A stretch of 64,000 nucleotides of DNA from an uncultured delta proteobacterium (GTDB taxonomy: Bacteria; Desulfobacterota; Syntrophia; Syntrophales; UBA8958): NCBI GenBank assembly GCA_903885795.1, contig CAISJV010000027.1:22943-86942 (forward strand), written 5' to 3'. The position numbers were made by a program, and so were the translations under genes. Shown here one piece after another: positions 39,059-47,667 of the stretch. The notes beneath the pieces are model-generated. The model was not told where the DNA came from and ran no database searches. It saw only the letters and a list, made by a program, of their open reading frames with translations. Each line of letters begins with the position of its first letter. The first letter of the stretch is position 1.

Positions 39059-39319
39059 ATGAAGAAGGTATTTGCCATTATTCTTTCGCTGCTTTTCGTT
39101 GTGACGTTTTCGCTTGCAGTCGTTGGTTGCAAGAAGGCCGAAGAGCAGAAACCGGCTGAGCCGGCTAAGACCGAGGCTCCTGCCCCCGCTCCCGCGGCTC
39201 CTGGTGCTCCTGGTGCTCCCGCAGCTCCTGGTGCGGCTCCGGCGGCTCCTGGTGCGGCTCCCGCGGCTCCTGGTGCAGCTCCGGCAGCTCCGGCGCCCGC
39301 AGCTCCAGCGGCAAAGTAA
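39059..39319 (+). CDS. small lipoprotein with an Ala/Pro-rich tandem-repeat tail
   Basis: Signal plus lipobox MKKVFAIILSLLFVVTFSLAVVGC. Then KPAEPAKTEAPAPAPAAPGAPGAPAAPGAAPAAPGAAPAAPGAAPAAPAPAAPAAK. RBS GGAGG upstream and a terminator downstream. Confidence 0.6.
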   Translation: MKKVFAIILSLLFVVTFSLAVVGCKKAEEQKPAEPAKTEAPAPAPAAPGAPGAPAAPGAAPAAPGAAPAAPGAAPAAPAPAAPAAK

Positions 39320-39345
39320 TATAGAACCAAAAGTTCATCTTGAAG

Positions 39346-39380
39346 ACCGGGCATTTGATATTCGAATGCCCGGTTTTTTA
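39346..39380 (+). terminator. intrinsic terminator
   Basis: accgggcat-ttgatattcga-atgcccggt followed by tttttt. Confidence 0.8.
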
Positions 39381-39450
39381 GTGCCTTAAAATGGCTTGAC
39401 AGCTGCCCGTCAATTGCTTAATAAAAAAGAAAAAACGGGAGGTGAAAAAT

Positions 39451-39825
39451 ATGTCAGACAGAGCAGGTGATTTTTTAAAGGGATTGTTTATCGGTGGACT
39501 CGTTGGCGCCGTCATCGGTATTCTTTACGCTCCCAAGAGCGGCAAAGAAACCCGAGAGGAAATTGGGAAAAAAGCGGAAGAGCTACTTGCCAAGGCGAAA
39601 GAGGAATACGAACAGGCCCTGGAAAAGAGCCGCAAGACCTATGAGACGGCTGTCAGCCGCCTGAAGAAAATTGAAGAAGTTGCCAGGGAAAAGGTTGGCG
39701 AGTTGGAAACCAAAGCCGGCGAAATGGTTGATAAGGGAAAAGTAAGTCTGGAAGACAATAAGAGCCGTTTAAAGAAGGCCATAGATGCGGGCGTGGAAGC
39801 CTTCAAGGAAGAAAAATCGTCATAA
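39451..39825 (+). CDS. YtxH-domain protein
   Basis: GDFLKGLFIGGLVGAVIGILYAPKSGKETREEI followed by a long charged helix. ATG lies 8 nt after GGGAGG. Confidence 0.7.
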   Translation: MSDRAGDFLKGLFIGGLVGAVIGILYAPKSGKETREEIGKKAEELLAKAKEEYEQALEKSRKTYETAVSRLKKIEEVAREKVGELETKAGEMVDKGKVSLEDNKSRLKKAIDAGVEAFKEEKSS

Positions 39826-39911
39826 GAAGGGCATTCCCGCCGTCTTTTCCAAAGCGGACGGCAGCGCCGTTCATTTCATAACGACAGTGTTTGTTTTTTT
39901 GTGAGATCATC

Positions 39912-40313
39912 ATGTACGTCGAAATCAGTTTGTTATGTTTGAGTTTGGCCGTTCTTCTCATTGTAGCTTTTACAGTTCCTCTTCTCTGGCAGGTCAGGAA
40001 GGTGGTTCAGGGGCTCTCCTTGACTCAGGAGATGCTCCAAAAAAGACTGCCGGCGATTCTTCAAAACCTGGAAGAATCCTTGGTAACGGTGAAAAGAACG
40101 GCTCATATCGTCAACGAGCAAGTAGAAGTTGCAGCCGTGGCCATGAAAAGGTTACAGGCCGTCTTGGGCGTCTTGATGGAACTGGAGAATGTCGCGCGAC
40201 TGGGGATAAAATTGCCCTTCTTCAGATTCCTGCGGAATACCAACGCGGTTGTGAGAGGCGTCAAGGTCTTCCTGAATGTCTACACCTCCAGACCTCATCA
40301 ATTGGGGCAATAG
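39912..40313 (+). CDS. DUF948-like membrane-anchored coiled-coil protein
   Basis: MYVEISLLCLSLAVLLIVAFTVPLLWQVRKVVQGLSLTQEML... has one N-terminal TM helix followed by helical sequence. It is a typical partner of YtxH genes. Confidence 0.6.
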   Translation: MYVEISLLCLSLAVLLIVAFTVPLLWQVRKVVQGLSLTQEMLQKRLPAILQNLEESLVTVKRTAHIVNEQVEVAAVAMKRLQAVLGVLMELENVARLGIKLPFFRFLRNTNAVVRGVKVFLNVYTSRPHQLGQ

Positions 40314-40327
40314 GGTCCGCGGCAGCG

Positions 40328-40792
40328 ATGGCAAAGATGACCTTTGGCAATAAGGGGGGGCGTGTCCGGGCAGCAGTCCAAAGACCGGCCGGTGTTGTAG
40401 CGCGGCCTGTCGAAGATATCGTCAGAGAACTCAAGAAGGCGAATCAGAAGTCGCCAGGCGAAGATTATCGGGAGCGTTCCCTGGCCATTCATGGCCTTAT
40501 CTGTGCCCGGTGCGCCCGGGAATTCTCGGGAGTGCAAAGGCAGCTCCTGACGGTTCATCATAAAGACGGTAACCACCACAATAATCCTTCTGACGGCAGT
40601 AATTGGGAAAATCTCTGTGTATACTGTCATGACGATACCCACAGCCGCGGTCTTCTGGGTGACTATCTGGAAGGGGCGCCCGGCTCACAAGAGATCGGCG
40701 TTGCTTATCGGGATGTGGGGCACACTGATATGTCTCCGGGACGATCGGCTTTGGGAGACAAACTGCAACAGGCACTGCAAAGAAAGAAATAG
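40328..40792 (+). CDS. yajD: HNH nuclease YajD
   Basis: YRERSLAIHGLICARCAREF...LTVHHKDGNHHNNPSDGSNWENLCVYCHDDTH aligns closely by eye with E. coli YajD. Only the 3' part of track ORF 39935..40792 is taken. Confidence 0.75.
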   Translation: MAKMTFGNKGGRVRAAVQRPAGVVARPVEDIVRELKKANQKSPGEDYRERSLAIHGLICARCAREFSGVQRQLLTVHHKDGNHHNNPSDGSNWENLCVYCHDDTHSRGLLGDYLEGAPGSQEIGVAYRDVGHTDMSPGRSALGDKLQQALQRKK

Positions 40793-41033
40793 CTTAAGAT
40801 ATCTTTTCATAATTATATTCATGGTTACCTTTTGCACTAAGAACAATAGGGGGCGGGTGTGTAATTTTTAGTTGATTCCCGCCGTTTCTTATGTTATGGA
40901 GGCACCCGCTTTCGTGACTAATATTAACCCCGTCTGGTTTCCCATATTCAAATAAGAATGAAGCAACATACAAAAACTGTATGAGTGAAAGGTGGTTAAG
41001 GATAACACTAAATAAGAGAAGGAGGTAGGTTCA

Positions 41034-42026
41034 GTGGATGTTATTGAACAAGGAGTAGGAAGGATCTTTACGGATCCGGATGCGGATAAGGCGAGGGAGT
41101 TTTTCCGCCATAAAAGCCGCGCCCTCGTGAGCAAACTCACAACAGTCAAAGAAGCAGTGCAGAAGTATGTGACCGATGGTGATTATGTCTCCATCGGCGG
41201 TTTTGGGGTTAACAGAATCCCGGCAGCCGTACTTCATGAAATTGTCAGGCAGGGCAAGAAGAATCTTGGCTTGGCTGGTCATACTGCAACACATGACTTC
41301 CAGATTCTTTCCGCTGGAAAATGTTTCAACAAGGTTGATGCGGCCTATATCATTGGCCTGGAAGCAAGAGGATTGTCCCCCAACGCCCGGCAGTATATGG
41401 AAAGCGGTGAGGTTGAAGTTTCCGAGTGGACCAATTATACCCTTGCCGTGCGCTATAAGGCTGCCTGTGCGGGGGTTTCTTTCCACCCCATCCGCAATAT
41501 GATGGGTACGGATACCTTCAAGTACAGTGGCGCCAAGAAAGTAAAGTGCCCCTTCACAGGGGTCAATTACGCTCTGGTTCCCGCCCTGTATTCGGATGTG
41601 GGACTGATTCATGTCCATGAGGCGGACATTTACGGCAACTGCCGGACCAAAGGCATTCTCATGTCGGATTATGACATTGCCCGTTCCTCGAAAAAACTTA
41701 TTGTGACCTGCGAGCGTCTGATCACGAACGACGAAATCCGCAGAGATCCCACCTCGACCTTTATCCCCTACTGGTGCGTCGATGCCCTGATTGAAGTACC
41801 CTACGGCAGCTATCCCGGCAACATGTATGCCGAGTATTTCTCGGATGAGGAACATCTCCGGGAATGGCTGAAGGTGGAGAAGGATCCGGACGAGTTCAAG
41901 GCGTTCCTCGACAAGAACATTTACGGTGTAAAGGATCACTTTGAGTACATCGAAAGAAACGGCGGCATTGGTAAGATGAACAGACTCAGACAAAAAGAGT
42001 GGCTGTTTGTCGGCGCCAGGGCATAG
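41034..42026 (+). CDS. class I CoA-transferase, subunit A (glutaconate CoA-transferase GctA-like)
   Basis: 330 aa. GTG start 7 nt after AAGGAGG. DGDYVSIGGFGVNRIPAAVLHEIVRQG..., typical of the A subunit. Confidence 0.8.
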   Translation: MDVIEQGVGRIFTDPDADKAREFFRHKSRALVSKLTTVKEAVQKYVTDGDYVSIGGFGVNRIPAAVLHEIVRQGKKNLGLAGHTATHDFQILSAGKCFNKVDAAYIIGLEARGLSPNARQYMESGEVEVSEWTNYTLAVRYKAACAGVSFHPIRNMMGTDTFKYSGAKKVKCPFTGVNYALVPALYSDVGLIHVHEADIYGNCRTKGILMSDYDIARSSKKLIVTCERLITNDEIRRDPTSTFIPYWCVDALIEVPYGSYPGNMYAEYFSDEEHLREWLKVEKDPDEFKAFLDKNIYGVKDHFEYIERNGGIGKMNRLRQKEWLFVGARA

Positions 42027-42049
42027 AGAGAGGAGGATAAATACGAATT

Positions 42050-42820
42050 ATGGCTAACTATAACACAATGGAGTTGATGATTTGTACGGCTGCGAGGGAG
42101 CTTGAAGATGGCGCCAGTGTCGGCGTGGGTACCGGCGCCCCCTGTGCCGCCGCCATGCTTGCACAAATGACGAAGTCTCCCAACCTGGTGATTCTTTTCG
42201 AGGCGGGTGGGGCGGCCCCGTTGATTCCGGAGATGCCGATTTCCGTCGGCGACTCACGGACGACCTGGAAAGCTCTTATGGCAAGCAGCATGGCGGAAAT
42301 TATGGAAACCGCTTGCCGCGGGCAGCTCGACTACACCTTCCTCGGCGGGGCGCAGATCGATATGTATGGAAACCTGAATTCCACACGGATCGGTAATGAT
42401 CACCAGAAACCCAAGGTCCGTTTCCCGGGGAGCGGCGGGGCCAACGACTTTGCGTCCTTCTGCTGGCGCATGATGGTCATGACCCCTCAGGACCCCAAGC
42501 GTTTTACCGAGAAGTGTTCTTACATCACTTCGCCAGGGTGGCTGGAAGGCGGCGACTCCCGCGCGAAGTCCGGTCTGCCCCTGGGCGCAGGCCCCTACAA
42601 GATCATTACCAATATGGCTGTTATGGACTTTGAACCGACATCCAAGCGGATGCGGCTCATTGCCGTCAATCCCGGTTATTCCGAGAAGGACGTACAGGAC
42701 AATTGCGGTTTCGAGCTTCTCAAGGCCCCGAAGATAGCCGAGAATCCGGGCCCGAGCGAGAACGAGCTGTCCATTCTCCGCGACAAGATAGATCCCTACC
42801 GCTATGTCATCGGGCGTTAA
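42050..42820 (+). CDS. class I CoA-transferase, subunit B (GctB-like)
   Basis: 256 aa. VGVGTGAPCAAAMLAQ...LVILFEAGG contains a Glu at the position of the catalytic glutamate loop. FLGGAQIDMYGNLNST also present. Confidence 0.8.
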   Translation: MANYNTMELMICTAARELEDGASVGVGTGAPCAAAMLAQMTKSPNLVILFEAGGAAPLIPEMPISVGDSRTTWKALMASSMAEIMETACRGQLDYTFLGGAQIDMYGNLNSTRIGNDHQKPKVRFPGSGGANDFASFCWRMMVMTPQDPKRFTEKCSYITSPGWLEGGDSRAKSGLPLGAGPYKIITNMAVMDFEPTSKRMRLIAVNPGYSEKDVQDNCGFELLKAPKIAENPGPSENELSILRDKIDPYRYVIGR

Positions 42821-42904
42821 TTAATCTTTAATGTCCCCTGTGGGGATGGTTGAAGTCCCTCGAATTAATATCGAGGATAAGTTTAATTCAGTGAAGAAAA
42901 AACG

Positions 42905-42940
42905 AAGGCCGCTGCTTTCCCAAGCAGCGGCCTTTTTTCT
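42905..42940. terminator. bidirectional intrinsic terminator
   Basis: aaggccgctgctt-tccc-aagcagcggcctt, flanked by an A-run upstream and ttttttt downstream. It lies between convergent genes. Confidence 0.85.
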
Positions 42941-42949
42941 GGTAATGTT

Positions 42950-43150
42950 TTACCTGAGCAGGATTTTTGGGCCATCCGTTTCCTTAACGATTTTATCCCC
43001 CGCGGACGTTCCGCAGAAAACACAGGTATAATCGTACTTTTCTCCCTCGGATAAGACAAGCAGTAGCCGCTTCCGGACGGGTACAGCCCGGCGGCAACGG
43101 GGACAAAAGAGTTCCGTGGCGTCAAAATCCTTGAATTGCTGTCTTTTCAT
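42950..43150 (-). CDS. small zinc-ribbon protein (66 aa), function unknown
   Basis: CPRC...CVFCG pairs. The ATG overlaps the nadE stop (ATGA), and a terminator follows. No family recognised. Confidence 0.45.
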   Translation of the reverse strand: MKRQQFKDFDATELFCPRCRRAVPVRKRLLLVLSEGEKYDYTCVFCGTSAGDKIVKETDGPKILLR

Positions 43151-45225
43151 CGTATTTCATCCTCGTCTTTGTCAGGTATGAGTTTTGCGTTATCAAGCCA
43201 GACGGTGGCCTCGCTGTCGCTGGGGGCCCGGTAATCGCCCCGGGGAGACAGTGATCCTCCGGAACCAACCTTGGGACTGTTGGGGATGCAGGAGCGCTTG
43301 AACTGGCTGGTTTTGAAGAAGCGGTAGAGATACACCTCCAGCCAGTGCTTGATCTCCCCGATGGTGTATTCATGGCGTTTGCTTTCCGGGATATTCGGCC
43401 AGAGGCCCCGGTTGCCATCCCGCCAGGTACAATAGGCCATAAAGGCGATTTTGGTGGGCAGATAACCGAAGCGGGTTATGTAAAAATTATGGAAATCCTG
43501 GAGTTCATAGGGGCCGATGACCGATTCTGTTTTTTGCGCTGGCTGGGAGCCCTCTAAACCGGGGATAAGTTCCGGGCTGATCTCTGTTGCGAGGATATCG
43601 ATTAGAATCGCGGAGGTTTCCTTCGAGAAGACAACTGAATCCGCCACCCAGTGGATAAGATGTTGAATGAGGGTCTTGGGGACGCTAGCATTGACATTGT
43701 AGTGAGACATGTGATCCCCGACGCCGTAAGTGCACCAGCCTAAAGCCAATTCGCTGAGGTCTCCTGTTCCGACAACCAGGGCCTTCCGCATGTTGGCCAA
43801 ACGAAACAGATGGGAAGTCCTTTCCCCAGCCTGGATATTTTCAAAAGTCACATCGTAAACAGGTTTTCCTTTTGCAAAGGGATGGCCGATATCTTTCAGC
43901 ATTTGAATACAACTGGGCTTGATATCGATTTCGTTAGCTTCCACCCCCAGGACCTTCATCAACCGGATGGAGTTGGTGTAAGTCTTGTCAGTGGTTGCAA
44001 ATCCGGGCATTGTATAGGCCTTGATATTGGCGCGGGGCCACTTGAGAAGATCCATGGTCCGCGCCGTGACGATCAAGGCATGGGTTGAATCGAGTCCTCC
44101 GGAGACGCCGATGACGATGTTTTTGATGTCCGCAGCCTGAAGTCGCTTCGCCAATCCCTGAACCTGGATATTATAGGCCTCGTAGCAACGCTGATCCAGC
44201 TTGTTCGCATCGGCGGGAATATAGGGAAAGCGGGGATACTCACGCACAAGGAGGATGCGTTGTGTTTCCGGCAGGTCAACGGCGAAGTCAATATTGCGGA
44301 AGGCGGTTATACGGTCCCGGTGGGTTCGGGCGTTCTGGCTGAAGCTGGTCAGGCGCATCCGATCCTGTGCCAGACGGTCGAGATCGATATCCGAGTAGAT
44401 TACCTGAGGCTGTTGTGAAAAGCGCGTCGATTCAGCGAGGAGATTGCCATTTTCATGAATCATGGCATGGCCGTCCCAGGCAAGATCCGTCGTCGATTCT
44501 CCCGGGCCTGCCGCAGCATACAGATAGGCGGCCACACAGCGGGCCGACTGGTTGGCGGCGAGGCTCTGGCGATATTCCGATTTACCGATGGTTATATTGG
44601 ACGCCGATAAGTTGCCGATCAAGGTCGCTCCGGCCATAGCGGCGAAACTTGAGGGGGGAATCGGGACCCAGACATCCTCGCAGATCTCAATGAAAAATTT
44701 AAAATTGGGAATGTTCCGAACATGAAAAAGAAGGTCAGCCCCGAAGGGGATGTCTTGCTGGCCGCAAAGATCGATTGTCTTTGTCAGGGCTTCTTCCGCC
44801 GGTGTGAACTGGCGGCGTTCGTAGAATTCCCGGTAATTCGGCAAATAAGATTTGACGGCCGCACCCAGAATACGTCCCCGGTATATCACCACTCCACAGT
44901 TGTATAGGCGGTTATCCGCCTGTAGAGGAGCGCCGACCACGACGATGAGCTTCAGCTTCCGTGAAGCCGCGACTATTTGCTGCAGTGCCGCCTGGACAGC
45001 ATGGAGAAGGGCGTCCTGGTGGAAAAGGTCTTCATTGGAATAGGCGGAGATCCCAAGTTCCGGGAAAAGGGCGAAGACGGCATGGTTATCCGCCGCCTTA
45101 CGGGCCATCTTCAGGGTTGACTTGACGTTAAATTCCGTATCCGCCACCTTTACTTCCGGGACGCATACTGCCGCACGGATGAATCCATGCCGGTATATAT
45201 TGAAATAATTATTCATCGTCATCAT
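43147..45225 (-). CDS. nadE: glutamine-dependent NAD+ synthetase (large form)
   Basis: 692 aa with an N-terminal CN-hydrolase domain ([16 protein letters not shown]) and a C-terminal NAD synthase domain ([11 protein letters not shown]). Confidence 0.9.
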   Translation of the reverse strand: MMTMNNYFNIYRHGFIRAAVCVPEVKVADTEFNVKSTLKMARKAADNHAVFALFPELGISAYSNEDLFHQDALLHAVQAALQQIVAASRKLKLIVVVGAPLQADNRLYNCGVVIYRGRILGAAVKSYLPNYREFYERRQFTPAEEALTKTIDLCGQQDIPFGADLLFHVRNIPNFKFFIEICEDVWVPIPPSSFAAMAGATLIGNLSASNITIGKSEYRQSLAANQSARCVAAYLYAAAGPGESTTDLAWDGHAMIHENGNLLAESTRFSQQPQVIYSDIDLDRLAQDRMRLTSFSQNARTHRDRITAFRNIDFAVDLPETQRILLVREYPRFPYIPADANKLDQRCYEAYNIQVQGLAKRLQAADIKNIVIGVSGGLDSTHALIVTARTMDLLKWPRANIKAYTMPGFATTDKTYTNSIRLMKVLGVEANEIDIKPSCIQMLKDIGHPFAKGKPVYDVTFENIQAGERTSHLFRLANMRKALVVGTGDLSELALGWCTYGVGDHMSHYNVNASVPKTLIQHLIHWVADSVVFSKETSAILIDILATEISPELIPGLEGSQPAQKTESVIGPYELQDFHNFYITRFGYLPTKIAFMAYCTWRDGNRGLWPNIPESKRHEYTIGEIKHWLEVYLYRFFKTSQFKRSCIPNSPKVGSGGSLSPRGDYRAPSDSEATVWLDNAKLIPDKDEDEIR

Positions 45226-45992
45226 GAGTCTCCCTCTACATAGGCGTAGGCGCTATGATTATGGATACTTTCGTGATTCTCCGCCTCCACCGTGTAGGAG
45301 GGGAAATTTTCATGTGCCTTCAGACGGGCGGCGACATTCCGGACGACATCCTCGACGAACATGGGATTTTCATAGGCCCGCTCCGTTACGAATTTTTCAT
45401 CCGGTCTTTTGAGGAGGGAATACACTTCGCCGCTTGCTGATTCTTCGACAATGCGGATGAGGTCTTCGATCCAGAAGAATTTCTTGAAACGGACCTTGAC
45501 CGTTACCATGCTGCGCTGATTATGGGCTCCCATATTGCTGATTTCCTTGGAACAGGGACAGACCGTTGTCACCGGCACGATTATGCCTACTTGGAAGTCC
45601 GCCCCATTGTCATTGAGGGCGCCGCAAAACAGGCATTTATACTCCATCAAGCTTTTTGCGCCCGTCACGGGCGCCGCTTTCTCTATGAAGTAAGGGAATA
45701 GGATTTCCATGTGGGCCGATTGGGCCTTGAGTTTCTGTCGTGTTTTTTCCAGGATCAGATGAAACGTCTTGATGTTGATCTGTCCTCTGAATTCATTGAG
45801 GATTTCAATGAAGCGACTCATGTGGGCCCCCTTGAAATGATGGGGCAGGTTGACATACATGTTGATAGCAGCGTTTACCGCCTGAGTTCCCTGGGCGCGG
45901 TCGAGGACGATAATGGGGTACTTGATCCCCTTTACCCCCACCTTGGTAATTTCTATATTCCGATGATCTTTGAGGTTTTGTACGTCGATCAT
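45222..45992 (-). CDS. folE2: GTP cyclohydrolase FolE2/MptA family
   Basis: [27 protein letters not shown]...HMSRF..., CPCSKEIS. Start at 45992 forms an ATGA overlap with the queD stop. The stop overlaps the nadE ATG. Confidence 0.85.
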   Translation of the reverse strand: MIDVQNLKDHRNIEITKVGVKGIKYPIIVLDRAQGTQAVNAAINMYVNLPHHFKGAHMSRFIEILNEFRGQINIKTFHLILEKTRQKLKAQSAHMEILFPYFIEKAAPVTGAKSLMEYKCLFCGALNDNGADFQVGIIVPVTTVCPCSKEISNMGAHNQRSMVTVKVRFKKFFWIEDLIRIVEESASGEVYSLLKRPDEKFVTERAYENPMFVEDVVRNVAARLKAHENFPSYTVEAENHESIHNHSAYAYVEGDS

Positions 45993-46363
45993 GCGGTATA
46001 CGTCACCCGGGCGTTGTCCGATTCCCATACGGTCACTCCGGATACCATCAAACTCAGGTTCAAGGATTTGATTTTTTCCGTCAGGAGATCATAAATAAAT
46101 TTCGCAACTCGCTCCGAAGAGGGGTTTATGTCCCTGAACGCCTCTACTTCATTCAGATATTTGTGATCAAGATGTTCAAGAATCTCCTTGATCCACTTTT
46201 TCAGATCCCGGAAATCGATGAGGAGATCCTCCCCGTTCAAGGCGTCGCCCGCCACTGTAACCTCGACGAGGAAATTATGTCCATGAAGGCTTTCGCACTT
46301 TCCACCGATCTCCTTGAGGACATGGGCGGCGGAAAAATATTTTTTGATCGTAACTTCGTACAT
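45989..46363 (-). CDS. queD: 6-carboxytetrahydropterin synthase / 6-pyruvoyl-tetrahydropterin synthase family
   Basis: 124 aa. FSAAHVLKEIGGKCESLHGHNFLVEVTV is the QueD/PTPS signature. Confidence 0.85.
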   Translation of the reverse strand: MYEVTIKKYFSAAHVLKEIGGKCESLHGHNFLVEVTVAGDALNGEDLLIDFRDLKKWIKEILEHLDHKYLNEVEAFRDINPSSERVAKFIYDLLTEKIKSLNLSLMVSGVTVWESDNARVTYTA

Positions 46364-46512
46364 AAATTACCTCTTTTTATCTGCTGGTTTGTAAGGGCTG
46401 TCGGCCCCTGCTTGTCAACAAGTACAATTTAATAATCATTTTGTCAAAGTTGTTATAGTGTGAATGCACGAAGGGGAGGGATACCTGCGTTTTCAGGCGT
46501 AAAGGTCCGTGC

Positions 46513-47667
46513 CTATTTGTGCTGGAGTTCCTTGTCCACCGCCATATTATCCCGGTGAATCACCTCGTCGTAGTCTTTATACCCCAGTACCTGCTGAATC
46601 CTAGAAGTTTTGAGTCCCATAATCTTGCGAACTTCCTCTGCACCATAATTGGTGAGTCCCTTGGCGAGTATTTTTCCACTGGTGTCTAAACAGAGGACGG
46701 GATCGCCGACATGGAAATCCCCTTCTACATCGATAACGCCGGAAGGAAGTAGACTCTTGCCCTCTTCGATGAGTGCCTTTTTCGCACCGTCATCGACAGT
46801 CAGTTTCCCCCGGGATCTGAGGGTAAAGGCAATCCAGTATTTACGACTGTTGAGATGTTCTTTCATAGGCAGAAAGAGGGTACCCCGCTCTTTTCCGGCG
46901 CAGAGATCCCTGAGTATCCCCTTTTCCTTGCCCGCAGCGATGATATAAGGGATGCCGAAGGCTGTAACTTTCTTGGCGGCCAGGACTTTACTTTTCATGC
47001 CTCCCGAACCGACATCGGAGGTTTCATCCGTTGCCGCCTGCTCGATCACATCGGAGATCTCATGGACGATAGGGATGACCTTGGCCTTCTTGGAGCGATT
47101 GGGATTACGGTCATAGAGACCGTCGGTGTTGGTCAGGTTGATCAGAAGATGGGCTTCCGTAATATTGGCAATCATGGCGGCCAGCTGATCGTTGTCTCCG
47201 AATTTGATTTCATCGACCGCGACGGTATCATTTTCGTTGATGACGGGTATCACTCCCCATTCCATAAGGGTTGTCAGGGTATTGCGGATGTTAAGGAAAC
47301 GCTTCCGATCCGTAAGATCGCTCATGGTGAGAAGGATCTGGGCAACATAGATGCCGTGCTTGCCAAAGGCATTGGAATAGACGCGCATCAGCCGTCCTTG
47401 ACCAATAGCGGCGGCCGCCTGTTTCTGGGGCATGCTTTTCAACGGCCCGCTGATGCCCATACGGTGTTTTCCCGAGGCGATTGCCCCAGAGGTGACAATG
47501 ACGATGTGGTATCCGCGCTTCTTCAGATCAACCATGTCATCGACAAGTTGTTCGATGATATCAAGATCAAGACCGTTATCTCCCGTTAGGACAGCACTAC
47601 CGATCTTGATCAGGACTTTTTTGACGTCCTTAAGGATTTCCTTTCTCGTCATCAGGCTTCCCTTCAC
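46513..47667 (-). CDS. proB: glutamate 5-kinase
   Basis: 384 aa. VLIKIGSAVLT, VIVTSGAIA and a C-terminal PUA domain. The true start may be the Met at 47652. Confidence 0.95.
   Translation of the reverse strand: MKGSLMTRKEILKDVKKVLIKIGSAVLTGDNGLDLDIIEQLVDDMVDLKKRGYHIVIVTSGAIASGKHRMGISGPLKSMPQKQAAAAIGQGRLMRVYSNAFGKHGIYVAQILLTMSDLTDRKRFLNIRNTLTTLMEWGVIPVINENDTVAVDEIKFGDNDQLAAMIANITEAHLLINLTNTDGLYDRNPNRSKKAKVIPIVHEISDVIEQAATDETSDVGSGGMKSKVLAAKKVTAFGIPYIIAAGKEKGILRDLCAGKERGTLFLPMKEHLNSRKYWIAFTLRSRGKLTVDDGAKKALIEEGKSLLPSGVIDVEGDFHVGDPVLCLDTSGKILAKGLTNYGAEEVRKIMGLKTSRIQQVLGYKDYDEVIHRDNMAVDKELQHK

Noticed and set aside
39175-39300. Short tandem DNA repeats were considered as a possible CRISPR array or minisatellite.
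   Set aside because: The units are contiguous with no spacers, they are in frame within a coding sequence, and no cas genes are present. This is a coding tandem repeat, not a CRISPR array.
39034-39354. A 106-aa minus-strand ORF is rich in AGAAGAAPGAAG.
   Set aside because: It is the mirror image of the Ala/Pro-repeat lipoprotein gene. The plus-strand frame has the RBS, signal peptide, lipobox and terminator. The antisense frame is open only because of the repeat composition.
39935-40792. A 285-aa track ORF suggests one long gene overlapping the DUF948-like gene.
   Set aside because: The first 131 codons run in an alternative frame across the DUF948-like gene and translate to low-complexity Ser/Gly/Arg-rich sequence. 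YajD homology begins only at the Met at 40328, which is the start I called.
40820-40845. A sigma-54-like promoter string (GG-N-GC in catGGTTACCTTTTGCACt) lies upstream of the CoA-transferase genes.
   Set aside because: The spacing between the GG and GC elements is 9 nt, whereas sigma-54 requires 10 nt and tolerates little deviation. No enhancer-binding protein gene is nearby.
41031-41993. A 320-aa ORF lies antisense to the CoA-transferase A subunit gene and spans almost its whole length.
   Set aside because: The plus-strand product has clear family motifs, an RBS and a partner B subunit. The antisense translation has no recognisable domain and no RBS, so I treat it as a shadow ORF. The same reasoning rejects other long antisense ORFs: 51198..52070 and 51310..51765 (opposite the radical SAM gene), 59845..60564 (opposite the Slam-like gene), 35969..36730 (opposite HDAC), 46855..47589 (opposite proB), 27323..28021 (opposite secD), 12484..13077 (opposite pyrC) and 6830..7345 (opposite the GspE-like gene).
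46364-46420. A possible preQ1 riboswitch in the queD leader, with the hairpin GGGGC-CGACA-GCCCU followed by an A-rich tail running into the SD.
   Set aside because: The loop is too short and the tail too long (about 24 nt, with CCAGCAG inserted) compared with the compact preQ1-I consensus. A candidate -35/-10 pair would place the start site downstream of the hairpin. A cmsearch run would be worthwhile, but I cannot support the call by eye.
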